Of a stretch of 64,000 bases of DNA, positions 25,643 through 40,200 are shown piece by piece. The notes beneath the pieces are model-generated. The model worked only from the letters and a program-made list of their open reading frames with translations. It had not been told where the DNA came from and did not search any database. The stretch is from the NCBI GenBank assembly GCA_051362555.1, contig CM120642.1, positions 9,796,001-9,860,000 of the forward strand, in the 5' to 3' direction. This DNA is from Lingula anatina. Taxonomy: Eukaryota; Animalia; Brachiopoda. The translations under genes and the position numbers were made by a program. Every line of letters begins with the position of its first letter. The stretch's first letter is position 1.

Positions 25643-28233
25643 AAGGTAGCAACAGTATAGAGAACAGATGCTCCTACATGCATATGTACATCTTTACATA
25701 TGAACAAGTGCACATTATTCTAACCAAAGGCCTACCTGTCTTATTTCTAACTGCATGGCAGTATCCAACTGATAATTGGCCTCACTCCTTGATGTAACAA
25801 GTTGGTTCTGCATCCTAATTTGTGACATGAGCTCATTCAAGCGTCCCTGAATAGAAAAGTATGATATACTTTAGCAATCAAAAAAGAAATCCAATGTCCT
25901 TTTATATAAAATTATGTGCAAAAACTAGTCTAATGTTTCAAAATTCTGAAATTGTTGTGAAATTTACCATATAGCTACCTGTAATCTTTAAAGAACACAG
26001 TTTCATTTTTCTTAGAGAGAAAGTAAAATTAACGCAAATAATATTAAATGGAAAATTAAGTTTTCAATAATTTTTTGTTAGCCAATTGCCCAATGAGTAA
26101 ATCACAGGGCACAGTTCCTTGCCCATGACAACCAGTACTACATGATATACTAATGGCTACTGCCGCAGATCACCTTGAATTGTGTGGGTGCATTCAGCTC
26201 CCCCTGCAAAGCTTCTAACTGAACTCTCAGTTGTTCTTCATCTGCCTGGATGGCATAGCCCAGCTTCCTGTAGATCTCCTGACGAACCATCACCTGGGGC
26301 AATGGAAAGATTGCAGTGTTTAAAAAAGATACTTAGCACATACATTAACACTGCAGATTTGAGGAATTTGACTGATGACAGGGCACATATTAAGAATACA
26401 TGATACTGAAGATAAATAGTCAAAACAGAGGAGTTCTATTTTTCAATGTAGTATTAAAATCAAACTATCAATTTTACACTTGTTAAAGAGATGTAATGTC
26501 ATGCAATATTGAAAATGTAATAAAATAAAACTTAAAAGTTCTTATTTTTATAATATTATTCAGCTATTCAATGTGCACTGGGCAAGAATTATAACTAAAG
26601 AGGTACAAGGGTAATAGTACATTTGCTTACCTGGAGAACTCTGTGCCCCAGCTCTAAGTGTTTGCGCTTGTACTGCTCTGTTCTTGCCACCATGTTAGCA
26701 AGGTTACGCTGTTGTTCAGTGATGTCTTGTCCAATAAGCTATTCAGATAAATATCAAGATTTTTCTAAAGTAAATGTTTTAAAGTTCACTTGAAAACACT
26801 TTTCTCGAAGTAAAGATGCTCTTGATATTAAAAAGCCATCTTATGGATGCATTTCAAAAACAATGTTTATATCTAGAAGTGAGAATAAAATTTCAGATTA
26901 TTACACAAAAACAAGGTCCTCTACATTTTTTCAGACTAAATGCCACTTAGGTTATGGTAAAAAGAAGCATGTGAAGAGACAAGTTACATTAAAAGTTTGG
27001 AGTAATATTTCAAAAGCAAAGCTTTTCCATAGTTTTGCTTTGTCACATCTCCAACTCACATCTAGTCTACTTTGATGTAGCTTAGTCTGCCTTTCCTGGA
27101 ATTTTAGCCTGTCATGAAGTTCCTTGAAACCTTTCATGGGGACTGGTATCAGGCTCTCGGGGTCAGGGTTGTCAAGTTTTGCCTGTTGCCACAGCAGTGG
27201 ATCAATTCCTAAAAAAATAATGCGGAAAAGTAATTCAACAGGACTGGAGTCAATATTGTTCTTGGGTTCTTGAATTAATGAGAAAATATTGTTACAGTTG
27301 ATATTGTTTACATATTACCATTTTTCAGTTAATGCTAGAAATTATTATTTCAATATTAAAAGGACAAGCTATTTTAGAGGGAAAGAAACAGAAGTTACAC
27401 TGTAGCAACAGCCACAATAAGAGCATGGTAAAAATGGCAAATTGTTCCTATAGTCTAAATAGGTTTTTCCTTCCTAGAATCTTTATCATCATTTTACCAA
27501 TAAGATGTTTAAAAAAAATTAACAAGACCAACCAGCAGGAGGATTATCCAGGTAAAACTTGAGCTGTTCTGCAGTGAAGCCCGTCTTTGGGAGAATATTC
27601 ACAACTTCCATCTGCCCCAGCTGTGTTTTAATATTGGCTTGGTTCATGAATGCATAAAGCTCAGTAGATGGAATTCTTCTGGACACGCCCGTCGGCTGTC
27701 TTTCCACTACATAGATTATTAGCTCAGTCCTTTTTGATTATAAATAAATAAATATAAATATCAAACTGATACTTTATGAAAAATGCAACAGTACATTAAC
27801 AAAGACATCAAATTCAAATTTGAAGCTTGTTATTTATATGAAAATGTGTATTCAAAATCTTTATTAAATACTCAAATGATGTACATGGGAATTTTTTTCT
27901 TTTTGAATATCACCTCCTGTGGAGGCAAAATCAATGAGTTGCTCTAAAACAAATTACACAGTTTAACAATTGGAGTTTATTTCCCAAACATCAAAATACT
28001 TACTGGTCATCTGGAAGCGTAACTGTGTTCTCTACATGCACAGATAATGTGGGTTTACTTCCCATCAGTTGTCCCAACTTGTCCACTATTGCTTGTTGTA
28101 CCTGGGACACCTCACTGTGTTTCTTCTTGAAGACTATGCCAAGCAGACCATCTTCATTTTTACTCTTAGGAAGGCAGTTATAACCCACAGCCTAAAATGG
28201 AATGTTTTTGTACATAAGTCTCTATTTAAAAAA

Positions 28234-28295
<62 letters not shown>

Positions 28296-31200
28296 AAAAG
28301 AGAGAGAGACTAATCTAAGGGCAGCTGTCTTAAACGTCTTTTACACATGTCTATTTATTGTGTTAAAACACTCACCTTAAACCTACAGAAAGGGTTGTCT
28401 GGTGTGAAAGCCACAGGGGCCCCTTGCTGGCTGTAATAGCCCTTCCCAACCCCCCAGAATGCCTGCATTTGGTTCCACTTAGCAATGATGGCATCTCTCT
28501 CATCACCAAAAATGATTGGCATGGATACAGCAGCAGCCATATTAGCAACAGAGTTGGACTGCTGTTGCTGTTGTTGTTGTTGCTGCTGCTGTGAAGCTAA
28601 ATTGAATGAAAAAATTTGATGAGGTTTCAGAATTCTATATAAACAATGCAAAAGTTTGACAATTTTGCAAAGATGTATTGCACACTGATATTCACATGGA
28701 TTAACTAGAAGCAGAGCTTGACATAATTAACAATAAATTGCATCAAACAATTGAGCAATAAACTATGATCTTCATTTAAATTTGAATTTTTAAATTTAAA
28801 AGTGCAAATCACTCTGATTATATGATAAAGAACCCAATGCCATTCACAAACCTAGTGTACTGCTTGCGCCACCCAGGGCAGATCCAGTGCCAAAACCTCC
28901 AAAGCCGCCTCCTGAAATCAAATGAAGTCTAAGTACATATGGCAAGTACACATGAAAGTTTCCTTCAGGACTCTATGGGACTCTATGGGCATTCCCTTGG
29001 ACGTTCTATGGTATAGATAAAGTACGAGGTGCTGAGCTTTACGAGAAATAGAGCAGATAATTGGTGAGGCGAAGCCGAGACAATTATCTGCTCTATTTCT
29101 CGTAAAGCTCAGCGCCGAGTGCTTTATCTGGCTTAAAGCACGAGTAATTAACCCTGAGCATTGGTGCATGGAACGCATTCGTGGATGACGTGACTTTACA
29201 CGAAATAAAGCACGGCGCGACCTATTGTCTTTTGACGGGACAGTGCTTTAAAGGATATTGGACTAATTTCCTCCAGGGTAATATGCCATTTTGTGATGGC
29301 ACATGGTTACCACTTCTGTTCTTCTGTTCAGTGTATCTGGTGTAAGCATAATTTTAATTATGCTAAAACAGCTTTTCATCTGGATAAAGGTTACACAGGT
29401 TTTGGTTCCTCTTAAGTGTTGGAGATTTTTTGATGATGTCCTGCCTTATTTCATACTTAAAGGGATAATAACTCTTCGTTTCGGCCAAAAAAAGAATTTT
29501 CCTGAAGTAAACAACAATTTTCCCATACTTACCAATGGTTCATGAATCCATTTTTACATTCAAAGTTAGTCCCTGTTTTTTTTTCTAAAAAGTTTGGTTT
29601 TTTGTTAAAATCTTTTAAGAGATTTTAACAGAGTATAGCCATCAATGGAGGTCACGTGGTCTAAAGACAAGCTCAGATATCAGAATAATAGCTATAACTA
29701 CAGTTTTTTTTTTTTTTTTGGTAAAACAGAATATATTATATTTCTATGAGTTATTCACAATGTTTTTATTGTGAAATATAGATCTCATATGAAGAGTTAT
29801 TATCCCTTTAATATTACTTTCTTTTAATCTCCAAATATATTTTGACAGCTCAGTTTCTGACAAATATTTTTTGTCCCTTAATGATTTAGTGAAGTTGTTA
29901 AATCCTAACTTGAATTGCCCACCACAAAAGCCCATTTACTTCATACTGTAACTGCTGCTTGATACACAATGTTGTTAGACAAACACTCCCCTTGTAGGGG
30001 ACACTTGTTTGGCAATCTAAAACTGCAGTTTTTATCTTGTGTATTTATTGTCACTTTTTGAGTATTTTCTTATTATGGCCCCGAATTATTTGTTTTGATG
30101 TTCTTCATGCAATTGTAACTAACCTTTACTGTAAGTTTGCTAACAAATATTTTATGTCGTTTCATCCTTTATCACAAGGACATCTTGCGGCAGTGTCACA
30201 TGTATGTGACAGAATGAAACGGTAGTTTCTGCAAAACATCCAGCAGATCTGTATGAGTGTCCTGTATAAGAGTTCACATTTTTGCCTTTGAAAGTGTTGT
30301 GCTTCGAGAATTTATTTATTTATTCTTTTTTCTTTTTTTTAGGAAATTTCAACTGAAAGATTTATAATTTGAAACCAAGTACTGCATCTGTACATGTTTT
30401 GTGCTGGCTTTTTAAGTAAGTTGTTTCTGTTATGCCCCTATTTCACTCAAACCAGGAATCCCACGAATCGCCAGGAATTGACAAATTTCAGGATTCGTGG
30501 TTGAATCGTAATCAGTTCATGAAGTTCTTAACAGATTTGTATATATTCGTAGTCAGTTCTTCCAAATCTTGATCAATCGGGAATTCGTGGCAAAAATTCT
30601 GAGCTGTTCAAAATTTTGGCCACGAACTCCCGATTCCAAAAAATCATATTCAATTCGTAGCAAATTCGTATTTCATTCTTAGGCATCGTAACTGAATCGT
30701 AATCGATTCGTAGGCATTCGTATGTATTCTTAACTCATTCGGGGATTCATGAATCCCTGCATTGACTACGAATCGGCTACGAATCAGTCATGAATCCCAC
30801 GAATATTTGCCGAAGCATGTACGGAGAGGAAATAACACGAAATGTCAAGAATAATCCAGAAATCACTTTTATTCGTACCCAATTCATGCATGCATTCAGC
30901 GTATGCTTAACTGATTCTTTATTGATTTGTAACGTTCTGCAGTATTCGTAATAAATTCTTGTAAATCATAGAGAATTCTTGAAAAAATCGTGCGATTCCA
31001 GTAGTAGGAACTGATTCTTTATTGATTTGTAACGTTTGTGCAGTATTCGTAATAAATTCTTATAAATCGTAGAGAATTCTTGACAAAATCGTGTGATTCC
31101 AGATGAATCCCGCAAACATTCGTAATACTATTGCACCTGTATCGTAACTTAATCGTAGAGCGTAGCGAATTAAGCCAGAAAATTTGCAAAATCTCACGAA

Positions 31201-34200
31201 TCCTGAAATTTGTCAATTCCTGGCGATTCGTGGGATTCCTGGTCTGTGTGAAACAGGGGCATTAACAACACAACACAACACATTAACAACACATTTGCTT
31301 CTTAAAACCTACCGCAGTGGGGATGGAGGCAAAAAAGACCTATCGCTGCTTTAAAAACCAGAAAAGAAGCAATTAATATGTAATTTCCAGGCAGTTGTCA
31401 TTTCAACTAGCTTGGGAGAAAGAATTTCCATGAATCACTTTTGTTTGCAAGGCCATGGCTAGCCAGTCGTTGTAAAAAGTTGCTCTAATCAGCCAGATAC
31501 CCATCACATGAAAGTCAGTGACTGATTCACAGTATGACAGTGGTGGCAGTGACAGTGACCATTTTAGAAATTTACCATTAGATGAAATAAATAACTTTAC
31601 CCTCCTACTAACATTTTAACATGAAGTACTGGATTTAAAAGGTTAATTATGAAAAATACCGGTAACTGCGACAATAGAGAGGTACTACTACTAGTGGGGC
31701 TTACTTGTAGGTATATAATATAAAATTAATGTGTTAGCAATGAGCTGTGATGATAAAAGTACTGTTTCTTCTTTTACTTCCTGTTATTTATAACTTTTTT
31801 AAAATAAGATTTAAAATATAGTATTTCCATTAATATCATTTAATTTATAACGTACATGTAATTCCCTTTTTTCAAATTTACTAGTGCTTCCTCAGTCATT
31901 AAAAACAGGTTATCTGAATTAGATAAACATTTCAGTTTTTCTTGGATGAAATCCAAAATTCACCATTTTGCTTCACAACTCCCAAGTACAGGGGCAGATC
32001 AATAAATAAGTCAGTTTTGAAAATCCCTGATGGATACCTTTAAGTAAAAACTGATGCGGAGATACATTTTAATATTTAGGTTATCTTTGCTTCACAGAAA
32101 ACTGAAGCCATCTATATGTAATTTCACAGAAGTACCACATGGTATTCTGGTTTTTTTTTTTTGGTATAGCTTTACTTCATACAAGAGTGAAACCATTTAA
32201 GCATCTTACACACATCTTGTTTCTTAGTTGACAGTAGTTTGACAACAGAATAACATAATTCTACTGATCTTGATAAAGATATATATTTAATATCAAATAT
32301 ATATGAGCAAAACCTCACCCACAACATATCATACAGATAGCTAAGAGGCTGATACTACCCAAAATAACACAGCTTATTAGGAAGAATAAACTTATTTGAG
32401 AGGAAAACTTCAACTTTGTATTTTCACAGATGTACACAAGGTACTTTGTAGGAGTCTCTGCAAACATCTAGCAGATTTATGTGAGTGTCCAGTATTTAAG
32501 TTAATAATTTTGCCTTTGAACTTCATCTACATGCTTTCCCTAAGACCCAATTCAGATTTTCATGTACATCTTACCTGCTGGGTCAGTCTAACTCTGGGGG
32601 AATTCCACTGTATAGTGCAATCAGTGGAATCAGCTTAATTGTCTGACACGCCTCTTCGAGCAGCTAGGGGGCAATTAACTATTGTGTGCTGAATGGGCTG
32701 ACAACACCGATTTCACTTTATCAAGAACCCCTGCACAGTTCGACCAACCCAGTCAGTATGCTTTTATCTGAAGGCTTGCTAAGACAGTCACCCTCACTGT
32801 GAAAATAGCATCCAAAATGAAGTACTTTTAATCTATAGTGAACAGCCATCGATAATACATATTATGCAACGAAGTTTAAGGGTTGTCAAGGCATTCTACA
32901 AATCGCACATAATTCTGAAGAAAAGATGGGCCAGTGTCATTCCAGCATGGCCTTCGTATATGCTTGGGTCATTATTTACTGGGCATAGAAAATGTGCTTC
33001 ATCACATGGGGTCCATTTCATTGGGTTAAGAATATTGAAACTGTCAATGATTTCTACACTGTATTTTACCAGCTGCTCTCTGATGATTTCATTGACTGCC
33101 GCAACCATGTAATCATTCCCGTCCATCTGGCCCAAAACCCTCGGCAGAATATTTAGGTATATGAGGCGAATATTTGAAACATTATGGTTTTCCCTTACAT
33201 TGCGTAGGAAGTCCACAAAATGGGGCAAGGAATGATTAACAAGATTGTAGGCACTCTGGTGTGTAAGTACTAATTCGTGAATCCCAAACCCCATCAAAAC
33301 TACATCATCTCTGGTGGCGGGCTTTTTGTCAAATCGTGAGAAAAGTGATCTGATTGCTTTTTCGCAGTGGGAAGCATGGGGAGTCCATCCAAATACAATT
33401 TTGCTTAGACCCATAATTTTCTTTCGATTCTTTCTGGAGTTTGTGTGATTTAAACCAGTGGTTACATTGACTGTATCCAGTGACATATGCCTATATTTTG
33501 ACAATAGCTGATTCAAGTAATTACTAAGATATCTGAGGTGTGAATCTCCAAAGACTCTAAAAGTAGTTTTCCTGTTGTAACATTTCCAAAGGTCTGCCTC
33601 ACTGATGAACTCGAAAATACATTTGCTTTTTGTTCCCCATTTCCACTGTCCTCGAATTTTCCACCAGCGTCCATTGAGGTATTCCGCAATATTTGTTTCA
33701 AAACAGTCTCTTTTTGTCTTTTCTTTTTCCAATTGCCATTTCTCAAGGGGAACATAATTAAAAGAGTGTATAATTCTATGAATTCTGTTGGGATGAGCAC
33801 GTTTTTCATTATCATGATGTCTGAATGCTTCAAAGTCCGTGTAGTCTAAGTAAATTATACCCTGTATACCAGAATGAACATCACAATATGCAACGTAGGT
33901 TCCATTAAAGAAATCTCTCACCGGACACACCATGGATTCATTTCCTGTCACCTCAACTCGAAAATTACTTCCACCGGACGACAACACAGTCTTGTTTGCT
34001 GATACCTGTTTTCTTTCTTCTATATAAATATACAGTATATGGTTGTGAGACGCTGTCACATTAAAATTGTACTTGTATCTTGTATTGTTGTCAGTATCAC
34101 CTTTAGAATCAGTCTGAGGGTTGAAATTTGACCAGGCATGTTCTAGCTGTGCCTTTTCAGCAATGCCATTTCTAACCTCGCCATGTTGATCTGCAAGATC

Positions 34201-37200
34201 ATTCTCTTCCTGCCCTTGGACCCCTTTATGTTTAAATTGCCTGTCATATTTTGTTGCTTGCTCAAAATATGGAGCTTTTTTCAATAAATGATGGAAGGTA
34301 ATGCCTCTACTGTAAGAGTTCAGCATGATTAATAAAGTAATATATACTGCAGTGGATACAACTGCAAGTACCATAGCATAAACTGCTTGAGTTGAAAGCT
34401 GCTTTCTCATTTTTCAAAAGTATGACGTAAATGAAAATTCTGACTTGATTACCTTTTTCTTCCAAGTTTTCATGTATTCTTGTTTTTCTTCTGCAATGAC
34501 ATTAATTACAGCATCAGATTACCTTCAAGTTATTAAAAGTCACGTTTCTGATGATTAAATCCTTTTTCAGACGTATAGATTGGAAAAAAAATAAAAAAAG
34601 GTTCAAGCAGCCCACAACAATGTTAAGGAATATGCCATAAAACTGACTTTGTATGCCCTGAAATATTTAAGACTATTTGGCCTGAGGGAGCGTATGGTTT
34701 GCAGATGGACATCCTGAAGCCTCAAGGCATTATATCCCCTTTATAGCAAGACAACACATTATCACCTTTTCCAATTTTTTGTACTAATTTGCAATTGCAT
34801 ATTGTGCTTTCTGTATTTGTAAAGAGCTTTGTGTAAAACTGGAAATTTGTGTAAAATAACAAGTTCAGTTCAAGAGAAGCAAACATGTTTTGGGAGGCAG
34901 GTATGCATTGAAGTCAGTCACTATTAATTTTGAAAAGTTTGAATTTTTCATTTATTGCAATATGCCAGTTGATGTTAGAATGGAGCAATATACATACTAA
35001 CCACATAACAGGATCATTATTTTTATGAAGTTGCTGAATTTTTGGCTACATTCAACGCACAAGTTGCAAACCACATTTTTGCTTTCATATTTACTGAGTG
35101 ACTTTATTTCATTAGAATTTTCTCCCAAATGCCTTTTTTTTGTAAAATATTGTAACGTCCCCCTCCCCTCCGTTTTGCATTCCAATACAACATTTTCACC
35201 TATTCTCTTCAGAAATTCACTTTGGAAGGGTTAGCGGTTGCGTACCTGCCCTCCACCTTTATTTGGTTCCCCCTACTACAATTATTTCCGTCAATTGCAA
35301 GAAACTTTAATCTAAAGATGACAAAACGACCGATACAGTGCATCGACGATGCATGGAAGCCGCCATATATGCCACTTCATGCTGACCTACGCCGTACGCG
35401 AAGCTCGTGCTTCGCGCGACTGATGACGTCGCCGCGTCAGAGTATAAATAGAGTGGCGCGCTGTATGAAAGGGAGCATTTACACAGATTCTAGTACGGTG
35501 AGAGCGTTTTTGACAGATTCGAGTACAGACTGAGACCGGACTTAGAAGAGAGTTATCAGTAAGCGTCAGGGCAGCCCCTAGGGGCTAGCCCGCTCCATTT
35601 TCTTCTCATTTTTAGGGGGGGGGGTCTTATTTTAGAGATTTAAATGTTTGGTAGATTGAACGGTAGATTATAACCGTTGCTAGATTGACGTAGAAGTTTT
35701 ACGGAAACTTTATTCCCATGTAGCCCCAGTTTTCATTACTAACTAGAACAGTTTATACTGAGTCCGATTATGGACACAGACTAGTTAAGTTTGTTATTGC
35801 TACTGCAGTTGTTTTATTGACAGCAGTAACTATTTAAGTTCGTTATTTCCACAGCCGTCCATTCCTTGACAGCAGTGAGTAGTTAAGGCTAAGCGTAGGA
35901 CAGTTTTTATTTATTATTTCATTTTCGCTTATTTTCCTTTCTAACCATTCCATGTTGTCATAAAATGACCACGTCATTCCAGTCATAGTTAAGTCATGTT
36001 GTCCTCGGAGACAACATCAATTATTCTAGGTTGTCATCTAGTGACCACGTCATTCCAGTCATAGTTAAGTTTGGTTGTCTTTTAGGGACAACGTCATGTT
36101 GTCGTCAGAGACCACGTCAGTCATTCCATCTTGTCACCTAATGACCACGTCATTCCAGTCATAGTTAAGTTTGGTTGTCTTTTAGGGACAACGTCATGTT
36201 GTCGTCAATGACAACGTCAGTCATTCCATGTTGTCAACTAGTGACCACGTCATTCCAGTCATAGTTAAGTTATGTTGTCTTTTAGGGACAACGTCATGTT
36301 GTCGTCAGAGACAACGTCAGTCATTCCATGTTGTCATCTAGTGACCACGTCATTCCAGTCATAGTTAAGTTAGGTTGTCTTTTAGGGACATCGTCATGTT
36401 GTCGTCAGAGACAACGTCAGTCATTCCATGTTGTCATCTAGTGACCACGTCATTTCGGTCATAGTTAAGTTAGGTTGTCTTTTAGGGACATCGTCATGTT
36501 GTCGTCAGAGACAACGTCCGTCATTCCATGTTGTCATCTAGTGACCACGTCATTTCGGTCATAGTTAAGTTAGGTTGTCTTTTAGGGACAACGTCATGTT
36601 GTCGTCAGAGACAACGTCTGTCACTCCATGTTGTCATCTAATGACCAAGTCATTTCAGTCATAGTTAAGGCATGTTGGTTGTTTTAGGGATAACGTCGTA
36701 GGGTCATATTTCTCACTTATAATTAAGCTTAGTTTAACTACAGCGTAACTTAACTCTAGGTCCTTGTTTTGAGTTATCTGCTAATGGAATCAGTGTTCAG
36801 TGTTACACTGGTATATGGGGGTATGATTTCAGTGTACGCAAGATAAGTTGTTACGATAGTATATGGGGGGAGAGATTTAACCGCATTTATCTAAAGTTTA
36901 AAGACTGTGTACGGGAGGGCGGTTTTTAAGGAAATAATGTTATGCACGCCGGCGAGCTATGTCGGCTATGGATAGACAAGGTCGGCATAGTGAGTCTTTC
37001 AGAGGGAGTTAGGGACCTCTTTATATTTCTCTAGCTAGTGTAGGCAATGCTAAGATATAAAACCTTTGTAAGAAGTAAATTTCATAGTTGAATAATCAGT
37101 GTTTAGCACAGTGCATAGTGGGAGAGTTACTCTCCGGTTAAGATTACTAATCAACGTGATTTGAGTTTCTTTGAGTTAACAGTTGGCTGGGCGGAACCTG

Positions 37201-40200
37201 TTCAGTGTCTTCCGGGCCATGGGCTTATGCAGCATAACGGTCTGGGACCCCTTGGTAGAGCTGTGCCAAGGATGTTGCAATTATTGTGTATGACGACCCC
37301 GGGTGAAAAGCCGGCCGGGTCCGGGGCGCCATAGTAGAGCGGACGTCCACTTGGGTCTGATGCCGAGTTCCAGCCCAAGAGTGTTCCTCCCGTGTGAAGG
37401 GAGTCGAGTTACCCCGTGTGAAGGGGCAGATTTTGCTTTTGTTTCTTTAGTTCAGTGTGTCCATCCGGAGGAGTCGAGTGGATGCAAGCCGACTGTGACC
37501 TTAGAAACGGAGACGTGGTGAAGATTGTCCAACCCCTGCCACGGGACGTAAGGCCGTAGCGGGCCGATCCCTTACGGTGCTTCCCTGCAAACCCCCGTCC
37601 CCGCCCATGCGAGTTCGGAGATTTCACACGGAACAGACGGTGCTCAGGGAGTGGAAAATGTGGGCTTGTGATATGCGAAGATTAACCTTGCTCTTTTGGT
37701 GCCAACGATCACTGGTCCTGAGTCAAAGGGTTTCAGCGCCGCCAAGATCTCCACTGATTGGTTTGAAGGCCGCGGCAATCCCCCGCGCCCTTGTCACTGG
37801 TGACCGGAAAGATTGTCAGTATTGAGTTGGTATCACTTGACCCGCACCCTTGCGCATTTCTGGTAGAGAGTATTGCCACATCCACATCAGAGCTGGTGAA
37901 GCTGGAATCGGGCTGTCGGGAGAGGGTGCACACCGAGAGCTGACTTGGATTCCCCTAGCGACTGCGGCCGTGCGATGCGGTATGAACTCCCTACCATGAG
38001 GACATCATCTTGAAAAGAGAATTACAGAACGGACAGCACCACGGAGATGAGTGACACTACGCGAGCCACGACGCTACCATAAGAAGACTACGTACGGTAA
38101 TTCATATGAGAAGATACGCGATCTACGGGAACCGCTGCGCTACCCATAAGAAGGCTACACGAGCCACGACGCTACCATAAGATTGACTACGTACGATAAA
38201 CCATATGAGAAGATACGCGATCTACGGGAACCGAGACAAGAAGAGTACGCGAGCCACGAAAAGAAATGTCTTCGTTGTCTTCGTTTTACTACCCAGATGC
38301 TGTCGTCGCGCGCAACATTTGAAATTTATGAACTTTAATGACCATAAGTCACGTCAAAGGATACTTGAAAATGCATGAACTATTGTGGCCATAAGTCACG
38401 TTTATATTGCATGAATTTTTGTATTCAATGTTTGGAGATTTAATAATCATATTGGAAATGTAATACATGTCTTTTTATTTCCGAAGGTTGGGGATAGACT
38501 TTCCCCAAGGTACAGGCAACATCAATCCCACACCGCGTCGGGGTGTCGTCGCCGATTCGAGGCGGACGGCCGCGTCGCGTCACAATATATTTCACTGAAA
38601 GTGATTTCACATTTATATAGCTTTGCAATCGAGATTTTATTCTGCATGATATATCATCATTACTTTCTCTCTAGGTATTCCTTTTTTGTTCTGTGATGAC
38701 ATTTATTAACAAATACTGTTTCCATTTGATTACTTCAGGAGATCGACTTAAATAAAAAGTCACATTTCTGACTATTAACTAGTATTGAAGACGTAAAAAG
38801 TTCATTTTTGAAAGCAATAAACTCACACACCTCAAAAAATTTAACTGTATGCAGGACCCTATTGTAAACAAATTATTTGGCCTGAAGTGTTTCATTGTAC
38901 TCCATGAAGCCATAAGGCATCGTATCTTTTTATTACTACTACTACTAGGTATCACACAATTATCTTTTCTAATTTTTGTAATTATTTGCAATTGAATATT
39001 GCGTTTTCGGCATTAATAAAGAATTTAAAATTTGTCTGTATGCGAGTTGAAAATTTGTGTAAAAATAGCAAGTTCAGTACAAAAGAAGCAATCATATTTT
39101 AGACCGCAGGTACGCACTGAAGTCAGTCACTACATATTTTGAAAAGTTTGAATATTTTATTTGATGCTGATTGCAATATGCCAGTTTATGTTAGAATGGA
39201 GCAATGACAATGCCTTCTATATATATATATATATACAAACTGCATATATCTATGTATTCAATTTCTGATCACCAGCTTTGTCCAGATGCATTTAACACAT
39301 CTGTTTTCTACCTTATCTACCAGGCCATGTTTTTTTTTTCTAAAAGCAAAAGAAAAATTGTATATTATTTTTTAGAAACCACATAATAAGATCATTATTT
39401 TTATGAAAGTAGCTGAATTTTTGGTGACATTCAACCCACAAGTTGCAAACCATATTTTTGCTTTCATATTTACTGAGTGACTTTATTTTAAATATCAGAA
39501 TTTTCTCCCAAATGCATTTTTTGTAAAATATTTTTTATTGCTTTCACATTTGTTTACATTTGCCAGCTTTGCAGTGTACTTTTTATTTTACAACGTGATG
39601 TATTATCATTACAACGTGATGTATTATCATTACAACATGATGTATAATCATTTCCCTTTTCTTTAGGTATTCCTTTTTCTTTCTTCTTTGATGATATTTA
39701 TTAAAAATGTTTTTTTCATTTGGTTACTTAAGAAGTTCAACTTAAATAAGGTCACATTTCTGGCTATTAACTAGTATTGGAGAAGTAAAAAAAAATTTTT
39801 AAAGCTCATTCACCTCATAAAAATTGTCTGTATGCAGCATCCTATTGTAAATTACTTGGCCTAGAGGACTATGTTTCATGGATGTATTCCATGAAGCCGT
39901 AAGACATCATATCTTTTTTATACCTAGACATCACACAATTACCTTTTCCATTTTTTGTACTAATTTGCAACTGAATATTGTATTTTCAGCATTTGTAATG
40001 AACTTTAAATTTGTCTGTATGTGAATTGAGAATTTGTGTAAATTAGTAAGTTTGGTGCAAAAGAAGCAAGCATCGTTTATTCAACTTTTAAAAGCCAATG
40101 CATGGAATGTACTGGAACTCACTTTATCATTTTGAACTCAAACTAATTATCCACACTGTCTGACAAATGTCAAAAGTGTGAGAACTTCTCAAAATAAATT

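Larger units (their letters stand above)
35151..38584 (+). mobile_element. Solo-LTR-like insertion (Gypsy-type ends), 3434 bp
   Basis: Begins tgtaacg, ends cgtcaca (6/7 inverted match), flanked by ATAT on both sides; TATA box gtataaatag at ~35442; absent from the paralogous site at ~39530. Confidence 0.75.
34750..40075. repeat. Old ~1 kb tandem repeat (unit starts ~34750, ~38950, ~39930); first unit is interrupted by the LTR-like insertion
   Basis: Recurring taatttgcaa.tg.atattg, aagaagcaa, gaagtcagtcacta, tttcatatttactgagtgactttattt, gtcacatttctg.ctattaactagtattg. Confidence 0.75.

Noticed and set aside
37180-38000. Short ORFs in the GC-rich part of the LTR-like element as gag/pol
   Set aside because: No zinc knuckle, protease, reverse transcriptase or integrase motifs seen.
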